The position numbers and the translations under genes are program-made. From the NCBI GenBank assembly GCA_021741075.1, contig JAIOYO010000014.1, positions 1,110 to 65,109 on the forward strand: a stretch of DNA of 64,000 nucleotides, written 5' to 3'. Below, one piece after another: positions 53,352 to 62,772 of the stretch. The first letter of the stretch is position 1. The number at the start of each line of letters is the position of its first letter. Origin of the DNA: Flavobacteriales bacterium (GTDB taxonomy: Bacteria > Bacteroidota > Bacteroidia > UBA10329). The notes under the pieces are model-generated. The model did no database searches. It was not told the DNA's origin and worked only from the letters and a program-made list of their open reading frames with translations.

Positions 53352-55112
53352 TTATCTGATAATCTGCAAATAGCCGTTGCGGTTGTTTTCAATTCCTCGA
53401 ATGTCTATGTAACGAATAATCCAGAAATAAACGCCATCGCTGGCGTGGTTTCCATCCCAGTTAATGAGCACGTCATCCGTTTCGTAGATTTTTCTTCCCC
53501 ATCTGTTATAGATAGTGGTTTGCATGGTGGCAATGCTTTCGATGATTGCAGGAGTAAAAAGGTCGTTGAAGCCATCTCCGTTCGGACTGAAAACATTGGG
53601 AATTTCGAGCAAAACAGGACATTCTGCCAATGCAATTGAAATGAAATCTCGCGAAGTGCAGGTGGTGGTTACTTCAACCCAATAAAGCCCCGGTTCTGTA
53701 ACGGTTAGTGTTTGATTGGAAGCATTGTTTTGCCATAAGTAGATCGCATCCAAAACGGCTGCATCAAGCGTAAGCGCTGTACCTAAACAAATGAAACCAT
53801 CTTCGCCTAAATCAACCAACGGACTTGGCAATAAGCCGATGAAAATACTATCTGTAGCAGAGCCACATCCTGCAGTTACCTTCACTGAGTAAGTTCCATT
53901 TGGAGTTGCTTGGATGCTCGCAGTGGTTGCGCCTGCATTCCACAAATAAGTGGCATTTGGCATGGCGACATCTAGCGTGAGGGTTTCCTCTTGGCACAAG
54001 CTGGTGTTTTCTCCCAAATCAATCGCTGGCAAGGGAGCAAAAGCCACCATAATACTATCGGTAACACTCGCACATAGAGAAGTAACGGTAACCCAATAGA
54101 TTCCATCTTCAACAACGGTGAAGGTTGACGAACTCGAACCATCTTGCCAAACATAGGAAGGTGCAGTGCTTGATGCATCTAGAAACAAGTTTTCGTTGGG
54201 GCAGAGAATGGTATCGTTTCCTAAGTTGACCACCACGGGCGCATCATAGTATACATTTACGGTATCAGCAATGCTTCCGCAACTGGAGGTAACGCTTACC
54301 CAATACGTTCCTTCTTGGGATACGGTAAAGCTAGGGTTGGCCGAATTATCTTGCCACAAGTAGGAAGTAGCCGAAGTGTTGTTTACATCAAACGCCAACG
54401 TTTCGCCAAAGCAGAGCGTGGTATCGTTTCCCAATTCAACTGATAGTTGTTGGTTTGTATTGATGAGATAAATACTATCGATTCCCATTCGCAAACCTCC
54501 GTATGGATTATTGGTTGATTGGTCTGGGTCGTCATCCCACGGAAGAAATTTGAAGGTGTGCGTGCTTGAGGTAGCCATAAACCCAAGGCTTCTGAATTCC
54601 CATGGTAGGTTGGTGCTGATGCCTAGTTCGTGGCTGGTGGTTGGAGCAGAAATTCCAATCTGAACATCATCGAGATAGATAATCCACGAACCTGTTGTAT
54701 CTAAGAAATCGGCAAGCATCTGCTTTACCACGGTTTGATGAAAATTTACCGAATAGCATCCGCCAACGATGAAGCCTGAAATCTCTTGCATAAAACCTTC
54801 GTGGTAGAAACTGCTGGGAGCAGGACCACCCATTAATCCAGACATGAATGTAGAACCCGAATAGGCGTTTCCCATCACACCATTAGCCGCAGCTGGGCCA
54901 GTGAGGTTGGTTAGGTCTGGTGTGTCTTGTCCTACAGAAGTGGCCAAGCAATTGACATCTGTATAAGGAATGGTTTGCCAACCTGCTGGCATGCTGCTGA
55001 AACTGGTAACCACTCCGTCAAGGTCGCTATTAACAAAACTTTGAGCGTAAGTAATTACGTTGCATCCGAAGAATAGCGTGCAGAAAACATAATACTTTAA
55101 CAGCTGTGACAA
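53352..55112 (-). CDS. Secreted repeat protein with T9SS type B (gliding-motility-associated) C-terminal domain
   Basis: Signal peptide. Four ~70-aa tandem repeats. C-terminal 'IPNVFSPNGDGFNDLF...IYNRWGRKIYE...WDG...GVYFWII'. Confidence 0.85.
   Translation of the reverse strand: MSQLLKYYVFCTLFFGCNVITYAQSFVNSDLDGVVTSFSSMPAGWQTIPYTDVNCLATSVGQDTPDLTNLTGPAAANGVMGNAYSGSTFMSGLMGGPAPSSFYHEGFMQEISGFIVGGCYSVNFHQTVVKQMLADFLDTTGSWIIYLDDVQIGISAPTTSHELGISTNLPWEFRSLGFMATSSTHTFKFLPWDDDPDQSTNNPYGGLRMGIDSIYLINTNQQLSVELGNDTTLCFGETLAFDVNNTSATSYLWQDNSANPSFTVSQEGTYWVSVTSSCGSIADTVNVYYDAPVVVNLGNDTILCPNENLFLDASSTAPSYVWQDGSSSSTFTVVEDGIYWVTVTSLCASVTDSIMVAFAPLPAIDLGENTSLCQEETLTLDVAMPNATYLWNAGATTASIQATPNGTYSVKVTAGCGSATDSIFIGLLPSPLVDLGEDGFICLGTALTLDAAVLDAIYLWQNNASNQTLTVTEPGLYWVEVTTTCTSRDFISIALAECPVLLEIPNVFSPNGDGFNDLFTPAIIESIATMQTTIYNRWGRKIYETDDVLINWDGNHASDGVYFWIIRYIDIRGIENNRNGYLQIIR
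53619..54449 (-). repeat. Four tandem ~70-aa coding repeats inside the T9SS type B cargo gene
   Basis: Each unit has the form 'LG(N/E)DT.LC..E.L.LD......Y.WQ.......T..G.YWV.VT..C.S..D...V' (aa ~222-498). Confidence 0.8.
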
Positions 55113-55395
55113 GGATGGCGATTTATCTCACTGATAATGGTATTGCTTTATGTTAATTCTCCTTTTTTAGAAGTACACAGGTTAATATTTGGCTTTTTTG
55201 CGAACGCAATTTTGGCTTTGGAACCTAAATATGGAATGGCCAATTCTGTTCAAGCCAAATCCGTTAAGTGATATTCTTTACCGAAGCAAAAATTATCGAT
55301 GAATGAGTTGTTTTAATAGTTAAATGATTACTTTTAGTAGATGAATGATTTAATTACTGCAACTGAACTGGTCAGTTAATTCAATTATTACGAAG

Positions 55396-55821
55396 ATGTT
55401 TACAACAGGAACCCACGCTTATTCTGACGTATTGGAAAAAGTAATCACACCCACAGCATTAGTTCTAATAGATGGAGACGTGGTGAAAACGTACCTCAAT
55501 CCAGATGTTGAGATTAACGACCAATCAGCAGATGAAAACATTGAAGCCATTTGGGATTTAATCAAGAATCGCAAGGTTTATCACTTGATTGTACCAGATG
55601 CTACCACTCATATTACGGTGGAGGCCCATAACTACAGAAACCTTTCGTTTGAATCCATAAAGAAAGGGGAGGCCCTCATCATAAAAACACTTGGGCATCG
55701 TATCTTAGCAAAAATCTATGTTACTGCTAGAAAACAAGGTTATCCTGTTCACATTTTTGAAAATGAACAGGATGCTATGGCGTGGTTCGATTCATTAAGA
55801 ATGCAAGAAGACAAAGCCTAA
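55396..55821 (+). CDS. Hypothetical protein, possibly STAS/SpoIIAA-like fold
   Basis: 141-aa ORF with no clear motif. The size and alternating beta/alpha-like pattern, ending 'DAMAWFDSL', resemble STAS-type domains. Confidence 0.35.
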   Translation: MFTTGTHAYSDVLEKVITPTALVLIDGDVVKTYLNPDVEINDQSADENIEAIWDLIKNRKVYHLIVPDATTHITVEAHNYRNLSFESIKKGEALIIKTLGHRILAKIYVTARKQGYPVHIFENEQDAMAWFDSLRMQEDKA

Positions 55822-56907
55822 TTACATCGGCTTTTTGATTCTATCTGTGGTGTCTAAACCAGAAAGTACTTCAATCTTAATTCCATCAGAAAGTCCAAGC
55901 ATTACTTTGCGTTTCTCAAATACCTGAGGCAAGGTTTCTACTTCAACAAACGTTGAGTCAGGATGATTTCCGAATATGAGCAGTGATTCTTGAATGGCCA
56001 AAACGCTGTCTCTTCTTTCAAGCACAATATCTGCATTGGCGCTATAGCCAGAACGAATAAACACACCTTTCTGTAACTGTACTTCGGCCTTTATTTTAAA
56101 TTGGATGGCTCCGTTTTCGGCAATACCCTTCGGTGATATATGGTCGAGTGTAGCATTAAAAGTGTGACCTTCCAACGCTCCGATAGTGATAAGTAAGTTC
56201 ATTCCTTCTTTGATTTTACCTACTTCGCTTTCGTCCACTTTTCCCTCGAAAATCATTTCGCCCATGTCTGCAATGGTGGCAATGGTGGTGCCTTCATTAA
56301 AAGTATTGCTCTCAATAACCGAGTTGCCTTCTTTCATTGGTACTTCAAGAACCATTCCCGAAGCTGTAGAACGAATAACAGTATTCGAACTGCTTCCTTG
56401 GTCTTTGAGTGCTCCTTCTTCAATTAATTGCAAATTGCTTTCCGCTGCAAGCAGTTCTTGCTTTACGTTTTTGAGCTGAGTTCTTACAGGCTGAAATTCT
56501 GCTTCGGCAATGACTCCTTTATCAATCAGGGTTTTCTGACGATCGAAGTTTAGCTGGGCATCTTGCACCGCTAGTTCTGCCATTTGCACGCGGTTTTTAG
56601 CGTTGTTTAAACTCACCATGTCAGGCACAATCTTCACCTTGGCAATGGCATCGCCACTCTTTATCATTTGGCCTTCTACCACATATACTTTCTCTACAAT
56701 ACCAGATACACGTGGCTTAATAGCCACTTCTTTCTTTGGAGAAATGGTGCCCGTTGCCACGGTCTTCTTAATGATGTCGGTTTGGAATGCCTTTTCGGTT
56801 TCGAACACCACTGGCGGTTCTTGCGATTTATCGTAGAGGTGCCAAAGCGTGTATCCGAATCCACCAAGGATGATGACAACGACTAATATTCTTACAAATG
56901 TTTTCAT
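55822..56907 (-). CDS. Efflux transporter periplasmic adaptor (membrane fusion protein, MacA/HlyD family)
   Basis: N-terminal TM, lipoyl-like 'GIVEKVYVVEGQMIKSGDAIAKV', a coiled-coil segment and a beta-barrel C-terminus. Confidence 0.9.
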   Translation of the reverse strand: MKTFVRILVVVIILGGFGYTLWHLYDKSQEPPVVFETEKAFQTDIIKKTVATGTISPKKEVAIKPRVSGIVEKVYVVEGQMIKSGDAIAKVKIVPDMVSLNNAKNRVQMAELAVQDAQLNFDRQKTLIDKGVIAEAEFQPVRTQLKNVKQELLAAESNLQLIEEGALKDQGSSSNTVIRSTASGMVLEVPMKEGNSVIESNTFNEGTTIATIADMGEMIFEGKVDESEVGKIKEGMNLLITIGALEGHTFNATLDHISPKGIAENGAIQFKIKAEVQLQKGVFIRSGYSANADIVLERRDSVLAIQESLLIFGNHPDSTFVEVETLPQVFEKRKVMLGLSDGIKIEVLSGLDTTDRIKKPM

Positions 56908-56911
56908 GGCT

Positions 56912-58168
56912 TTAGTTTTCAGTTCGTAGTGCGTTTACAGGTTTTATTTCGAGTGCGCGATAAGCGGGAATGAATCCGGCAAAACAGCCAGAAACGATGA
57001 GTACGCCCAAGGCGATCAATATGGTTTGAAAGTTGACTTCTGGGTTTTTAAAAGAATCATCCTCAATTAGAGGACCCGCAAATTCTACCACCCAAACGCC
57101 AAGCACAATGCCAATGTAACCAGCCATGGATGTAAGCACCAATGCTTCGAGTATAATCTGACTTACAATGCTAAATGGACTGGCTCCAATGGCACGTCTA
57201 ATGCCAATTTCTTTGGTGCGTTCTTTTACGATTACCAACATAATATTGCTGATACCTATAACTCCAGCCACTAAAGTTAAAGTTCCTACAAACCAAATTA
57301 AGAAATTGATGCCGGTGAAAACATTAGCGTACTCGGCAAATTCTTCTTCGTTGTTGTTGGTGCCAAATGCAAACTCATCCTCTGGATGTATGCGGTGGCG
57401 TTCTTTTAAAACCTTCAGCACCTTAGTTTCCAACTCTGATACCGAAACGCCATCAATCGGCATGAATCCGTAGTATCCGACCCAGTTTCCGTAGTTAAAT
57501 GCCTGCTGAAAAGAACTCAACGGAATGAAAATGCTCTGCGCATCATCCTCTGCTTCTCCGCCAGCTTTCTTTGTTTTGATGGTGCCTACAACGGTAAAGA
57601 AAACGCCATTAATCTGGATGTTGCTGCCAATTATTTCCTCACCAGGCTCATATAAATCGTTTATGACCTTGGTGCCAATTACGGCCACTTTGCGTTTTTG
57701 GTCTAGGTCTAGTTGGTTTAGCAAGCGGCCCTCGGTTACTTGCATTGGTTGTATCTGAACTACTTCTGGATAGTCTCCTTTTATGCCGTAGGCTCCTGTG
57801 TTCATCCCGCGTACTACGTTGGCTGAACCACGCCATCCGCCCACTTCATTACGCGGTGCAATTACTTTGGCTTCGGGAACCAATTTTTGCAATGCCTTGG
57901 TGTCTTCATTGCTCATACTAAACCATCTTCCAGCTGGTAGGCCTTTGTATGGTTTTGAGGCGCGTTGTGTCCACACATAAAGTGAGTTGGTTGCGAATCC
58001 TTGGAACTCGCTACTCACTCCATTCTGCAAACCAGAACCGGCACCAAGCATAATAATGAGCATGAAAATGCCCCAGAGCACCCCGAATGCAGTAAGGGCT
58101 GTTCGCAGTTTATTGGCACCAAGGGTGTCAAATACTTCACGCCATCTATCTAAGTCGAAAATGCTCAT
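56912..58168 (-). CDS. ABC transporter permease, FtsX/MacB family
   Basis: 'LRTALTAFGVLWGIFMLIIML', MacB periplasmic domain, and C-terminal FtsX 'KERTKEIGIRRAIGASP'. Confidence 0.9.
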   Translation of the reverse strand: MSIFDLDRWREVFDTLGANKLRTALTAFGVLWGIFMLIIMLGAGSGLQNGVSSEFQGFATNSLYVWTQRASKPYKGLPAGRWFSMSNEDTKALQKLVPEAKVIAPRNEVGGWRGSANVVRGMNTGAYGIKGDYPEVVQIQPMQVTEGRLLNQLDLDQKRKVAVIGTKVINDLYEPGEEIIGSNIQINGVFFTVVGTIKTKKAGGEAEDDAQSIFIPLSSFQQAFNYGNWVGYYGFMPIDGVSVSELETKVLKVLKERHRIHPEDEFAFGTNNNEEEFAEYANVFTGINFLIWFVGTLTLVAGVIGISNIMLVIVKERTKEIGIRRAIGASPFSIVSQIILEALVLTSMAGYIGIVLGVWVVEFAGPLIEDDSFKNPEVNFQTILIALGVLIVSGCFAGFIPAYRALEIKPVNALRTEN

Positions 58169-59394
58169 TCTTCTCTTAATGCTTCGATGGGACTGATAGA
58201 TGCTGCTTTAATGGCAGGCACAAGGCCTGCGAGGGTGCCTGCCACAATCAGCACCAAAGTAGCAATGCTTGCCGTGGAAAGATCTACCGATGGGTTCTGA
58301 AAAATGCCGGGATCTTCAATCATTCCGCTTACGGCTTCCAACGTAAAAACACCTGCTACTAAACCAAGATAGCCCGCAATGCTGGTAATAAAGATGGACT
58401 CCATTATGATAAGCGATACAACAGAAAAAGGGGTGGCCCCCAATGCTTTACGAATGCCAATTTCGCGCGTGCGCTCTTTTACAACAATCATCATAATGTT
58501 GCCAATACCCACGATGCCGGCTATGATAGTACCAATGCCAATAATCCATACAAAGAGGCTTATGGCGTTTAGCACATTCAAAACCTGCATGAATTGGTCG
58601 GTGGTGTTGTTAATCCACACAGCACGTTTATCCTCAGGAGAGAATTGATGCAAAGCAGCCAGTCTTTCACGGATTTTCTGTTCAATAACGAGGCTTTCTT
58701 CGGGCGTGGCATTTCCAATGGTAGAACTCATGGCATGTACGTTTCTTCCGCGGTCGAACACCATTTGACCAACCGTCATAGGTATGTAGCCGCGCCTGTT
58801 GTCTTGGTCGCCACCTCCGTCTTTAAACGTTCCCACCACAGTAAATGAAATGCCTCCAACGTTCAATTCCTTTCCTAAATGATCTCCATTTGGGAAGAGT
58901 TCCTGCTGAATAGGAATTCCGAGTACAATTACCTTCCTGCGTTCTTCAATGTCTATTTCGTTCAGAAATCGGCCTGTTACCATAGTGGCATTCTCGGCAT
59001 AAAACTGGCCAGGGTGCGTGCTAATTACTCCATAATTTCCCTTTTTATCGCCATAGACCATGTCTCTGTTGTTTAGCCAAAGTCGAGAGGCGACATTTTC
59101 TAATCCAACAATTCGTCCGTCTAAGGCATTGTGATCATCGTCAGTAAATCCAATATGCCTGCCAGGTTGCATTCCCTTATAAGGAATTGTTGTGCTGCCC
59201 TGATAAACCCAAATACTGTTGATGGCATCTGACTTGAATTCTTCTTCAAAGCCATTGCGCAATCCATTGCCAGAACCGAGCAGAATGATGAGCATGAAGA
59301 TTCCCCAAAACACGCTGAATCCGGTAAGAAAAGTGCGCAACTTGTTCTTACCGATGGTTTCAAATATCTCTTGCCATTTATCGAGGTCGAACAC
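58165..59394 (-). CDS. ABC transporter permease, FtsX/MacB family (second paralog)
   Basis: 'LRTFLTGFSVFWGIFMLIILL' and 'KERTREIGIRKALGATP'. 4-nt overlap with the next permease. Confidence 0.9.
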   Translation of the reverse strand: MFDLDKWQEIFETIGKNKLRTFLTGFSVFWGIFMLIILLGSGNGLRNGFEEEFKSDAINSIWVYQGSTTIPYKGMQPGRHIGFTDDDHNALDGRIVGLENVASRLWLNNRDMVYGDKKGNYGVISTHPGQFYAENATMVTGRFLNEIDIEERRKVIVLGIPIQQELFPNGDHLGKELNVGGISFTVVGTFKDGGGDQDNRRGYIPMTVGQMVFDRGRNVHAMSSTIGNATPEESLVIEQKIRERLAALHQFSPEDKRAVWINNTTDQFMQVLNVLNAISLFVWIIGIGTIIAGIVGIGNIMMIVVKERTREIGIRKALGATPFSVVSLIIMESIFITSIAGYLGLVAGVFTLEAVSGMIEDPGIFQNPSVDLSTASIATLVLIVAGTLAGLVPAIKAASISPIEALREE

Positions 59395-59459
59395 CTTTCA
59401 GTAATTAAAAATGAATATTTAAGAATGAGAAATGAGTTGCAGCAAGCATTGTCGGTATT

Positions 59460-60143
59460 TCAATTCTTAATTCTTAATTCATCATTATAGATGAGTCCAT
59501 CTTTCATCATAATAATTCGATTGGTTTGATCGGCAATATCGTGCTCGTGCGTTACGATAACCACGGTCATTCCATCGGCATTTACATCCTTAAGCATTTG
59601 CATTACCTCTGCAGAGGTCTTACTATCGAGCGCACCCGTTGGTTCATCGGCCAATATCACTTTTGGTTTGGTAACAAGAGCTCTGGCAATAGCAACTCTT
59701 TGTTTTTGCCCTCCGCTCATTTCGCTTGGCAAATGTTCTGCCCAATCAAGTAGCCCAACCCGTTCTAAGTATTCCAACGCAATCTTGTTTCTAGCTCGCC
59801 TTCCAACGCCTTGATAGTAGAGTGGGAGCGCCACATTTTCCATGGCATTCTTAAAGCTCACCAGATTAAAACTTTGGAAAACGAACCCAAGTAATTTGTT
59901 CCTGTATTGAGCCGCTTTGGTCTCGCTCAGGTTTTGAATGAGTGTATTGTTAAGTTGATAGGTGCCCGAATCGTAATCGTCTAAGATGCCTATGATATTG
60001 AGAAGGGTAGATTTTCCAGTTCCAGAAGAACCCATAATGGAAACCAGCTCGCCTTCGTTAATGGTGAGGTCGATACCTTTAAGTACCTCCAAACGGTTAG
60101 TTCCCATTTGGTACGATTTCCTAATTCCTGTTAGCTTAATCAT
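59460..60143 (-). CDS. ABC transporter ATP-binding protein (MacB/LolD-type)
   Basis: Walker A 'GSSGTGKST', Q-loop, signature 'MSGGQKQRVAIARAL' and Walker B 'ILADEPTGALD'. Confidence 0.95.
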   Translation of the reverse strand: MIKLTGIRKSYQMGTNRLEVLKGIDLTINEGELVSIMGSSGTGKSTLLNIIGILDDYDSGTYQLNNTLIQNLSETKAAQYRNKLLGFVFQSFNLVSFKNAMENVALPLYYQGVGRRARNKIALEYLERVGLLDWAEHLPSEMSGGQKQRVAIARALVTKPKVILADEPTGALDSKTSAEVMQMLKDVNADGMTVVIVTHEHDIADQTNRIIMMKDGLIYNDELRIKN

Positions 60144-60334
60144 GTATTGGCGAAAATAGACCTAACAATTGGGAAGACTAGTTAAGATTTACAGCCTTGT
60201 GTTAAATTGTGTGAAGTGAAGCTACAGGCTTAATAAATGAGTGATTGAACAAAATGAAAGACTGAAGCAATCTTACAGCTCGCTATGAATAGATAAACAA
60301 TCTAACCCGTATTTTTCGCAACTAAAATTCGACA

Positions 60335-60901
60335 ATGCCCGCTAAAAAGACCCAACTTACACAAGAGCAGCGCCAAGTTTTTTTAAACCTACTCAAATCT
60401 CGATTTGATAAGAATATGGGGCGGCATAAGGGACTAAAATGGGATGCAATTGAATCAAAACTAACTACGAATCCACATAAAATGTGGTCGTTGTTTGAAA
60501 TGGAACGCACCAGTGGCGAACCGGATGTGGTTGGCTATGATACCGCCACTGATACCTATCTCTTTTTTGATTGCAGTGCCGAAACACCTGCAGACCGAAG
60601 AAGCGTGTGCTACGACCGCGAAGGACTCGAATCAAGAAAGGAGCACCGACCAAAGAACAGCGCCATTGATATGGCAACCGAAATGGGAGCCGAACTGCTC
60701 ACTGAAGAACAATACCGCCATCTGCAAACACTCGGAACCTTTGATTCTAAAACATCAAGCTGGCTAAAAACACCTACTAACATTAGAAACCTTGGAGGTG
60801 CAATTTTTGGCGATTTCCGCTTCGGAACCGTGTTCGTATATCACAATGGCGCTCAATCGTATTATGGTGGAAGAGCATTCCGCTGCGTAGTTGGGGTTTG
60901 A
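60335..60901 (+). CDS. DUF4256 domain protein
   Basis: 188 aa. 'LKSRFDKNMGRHKGLKWDAIESKL' and 'EMERTSGEPDVVGYD' match my memory of DUF4256. Confidence 0.75.
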   Translation: MPAKKTQLTQEQRQVFLNLLKSRFDKNMGRHKGLKWDAIESKLTTNPHKMWSLFEMERTSGEPDVVGYDTATDTYLFFDCSAETPADRRSVCYDREGLESRKEHRPKNSAIDMATEMGAELLTEEQYRHLQTLGTFDSKTSSWLKTPTNIRNLGGAIFGDFRFGTVFVYHNGAQSYYGGRAFRCVVGV

Positions 60902-61716
60902 ATTATCTTCGAGCCATGCGATTTATTCTCATTTTTTTTCTCCTTTCAACCACAACCATGGCACAGCAAATTCAGGTTACGGCTCACCGTGGTGCTTCGG
61001 GATATGCGCCCGAAAACACCCTTTCATCGGTTAAGAAAGCGTTAGAAATAGGTGTAGATAGATTGGAGATTGATGTGCAGCAAACAGCAGATGGCGTTGT
61101 GATACTGCTTCATGATAAAACCTTAAATAGAACCACAAACGCCAAAGGAAAAGTTGGCGCCATGACCTATGTCGAACTGAAAAAAGTGAGTGCAAACGCC
61201 AATTTTGAGGCTGAATTTTCAATCGAACCTATTCCCACCTTAGAGCAAGTATTTGAGTTGCTCGATGGGAACACTGAGTTTGTAATTGAAATAAAAGCAG
61301 GCAACAAAACCTATCCTGGCATTGAGGATAATGTGGCGGCACTCATAAAAAAGTACAAAGCAGAGAAATGGGCGCTGGTGCACAGCTTTAACGATAAAGT
61401 GCTTAAGCATTTACACAAACACCATCCAACTATAAGACTTCAAAAGCTTTTCGTTTCCTATTCGACAGGAGTAATGCTCGATTTCAAGCTCCACACAGTT
61501 AAGCTTTCTAAATACGAATATGTCGAAGGTTTTGGAGTAAGTAAAGGCGGAGTGAATTCCAAACTAGTAGAAGAAATACATTCGCTTGGTAAAATTGTTC
61601 ATGTTTGGACAGTGAATAATGAAGAAGATATGACTGAAATGATTGACCTCGGAGTTGATGGGCTTATTAGTAATTATCCCGATAAGGCGAAGGAAATTGT
61701 CAGTCGAAAGCAGTAA
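60898..61716 (+). CDS. Glycerophosphodiester phosphodiesterase family protein (secreted)
   Basis: 'VTAHRGASGYAPENT', 'LEIDVQQTADGVVILLHD' and 'VHVWTVNNEEDM'. An alternative start at 60916 gives a cleaner signal peptide. Confidence 0.85.
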   Translation: MNYLRAMRFILIFFLLSTTTMAQQIQVTAHRGASGYAPENTLSSVKKALEIGVDRLEIDVQQTADGVVILLHDKTLNRTTNAKGKVGAMTYVELKKVSANANFEAEFSIEPIPTLEQVFELLDGNTEFVIEIKAGNKTYPGIEDNVAALIKKYKAEKWALVHSFNDKVLKHLHKHHPTIRLQKLFVSYSTGVMLDFKLHTVKLSKYEYVEGFGVSKGGVNSKLVEEIHSLGKIVHVWTVNNEEDMTEMIDLGVDGLISNYPDKAKEIVSRKQ

Positions 61717-61877
61717 GTTGAAAGGAGTGAGTCGTTGTGTCTCCGCCTGAAAGAAGTCACCCTGCTAGCGGAGCTTCCCACTCTCTTGTAAGAGAGGAGA
61801 TGTGCGCCTATGACGGACGGAGGTGAGTGGAAACACGAATCATCCGTCTCAATCGCAAATCCTCTAAATTTAGCCCC

Positions 61878-62732
61878 ATGACAGAAGCCCTCGAAAACAA
61901 ACTCAAATCCATCTTTCTTACCGCCTTGGTCACGTACGCGGTCATCGTTTCGGTTGTCGGAATAGTAGCATTATCGCGAGGAGCAGACCGAAGTATATGG
62001 TTGGGCGTAACTGTTTCGGCTGCTACTATTGCTTTGTATTTCGCACGGTTATACCTCGTTCGTGTTCCAAGAACATCTCCTGGGCTAATGGGTTTTAGTA
62101 TCTCCATCTTTGGAACAACGATGTATGCTATTTTTCAGAGCTACAATCTTCAGATTGTTTCTTCAGGACCAATCCTAGGAATGATTTGCTTGGCAGGTTG
62201 GGCTGCTTACGTGGCGTGGTATTCAGACCTTGGAGATAGGAGTAAGGAAAAAATCAAGGAAGGAAAACGATTACCTAAGATTGATTTAGAAGATTACGAT
62301 GGCAACAAATTGAGTTCAGACGATTGGAAAGGACAGAAGCGGTTGGTGCTTTTCTATAGAGGTAATTGGTGTCCTATTTGCACGGCCCAATTAAAAGAAC
62401 TGATTGATTTTGAAGCTAAGTTCAAAGAATTGGGTGTAAAGATTACACTCATCAGCCCGCAGTCGCATGAGAAAAGCCGCAACCATGCCAAGCGGGTAGG
62501 TATGGATTTCGATTTTTTGGTAGATGTAAACAACAGTGCCGCAAAAGCGTTGGGAATTTTACAGGAAAACGGCTTGCCGGCTGGTTTTCAGCTATTGGGC
62601 TATGAGAGCGATGTGCCCAAACCAACCACCTTTGTTTTAGACGAGAACGGGAAAGTGATTTTTGCCGACCTTACAACCAATTACAGATTACGAACGAGGC
62701 CAGAAGACATCTTGGCAGCACTAAAAAAATAG
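61878..62732 (+). CDS. Membrane-anchored peroxiredoxin-like (redoxin/AhpC-TSA) protein
   Basis: Start at 61878 ('MTEALENKL'). Four predicted TM helices, then a thioredoxin fold with 'LFYRGNWCPICTAQL'. Confidence 0.75.
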   Translation: MTEALENKLKSIFLTALVTYAVIVSVVGIVALSRGADRSIWLGVTVSAATIALYFARLYLVRVPRTSPGLMGFSISIFGTTMYAIFQSYNLQIVSSGPILGMICLAGWAAYVAWYSDLGDRSKEKIKEGKRLPKIDLEDYDGNKLSSDDWKGQKRLVLFYRGNWCPICTAQLKELIDFEAKFKELGVKITLISPQSHEKSRNHAKRVGMDFDFLVDVNNSAAKALGILQENGLPAGFQLLGYESDVPKPTTFVLDENGKVIFADLTTNYRLRTRPEDILAALKK

Positions 62733-62772
62733 AATCGCGTCATTGCGAAGGAGAAACGACAGAAGCCATCTC

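Noticed and set aside
53301-53639. 112-aa plus-strand ORF overlapping the 3' end of the T9SS type B cargo gene and the terminator.
   Set aside because: It is antisense to a CDS that has a clear C-terminal sorting domain, and it begins inside a terminator hairpin.
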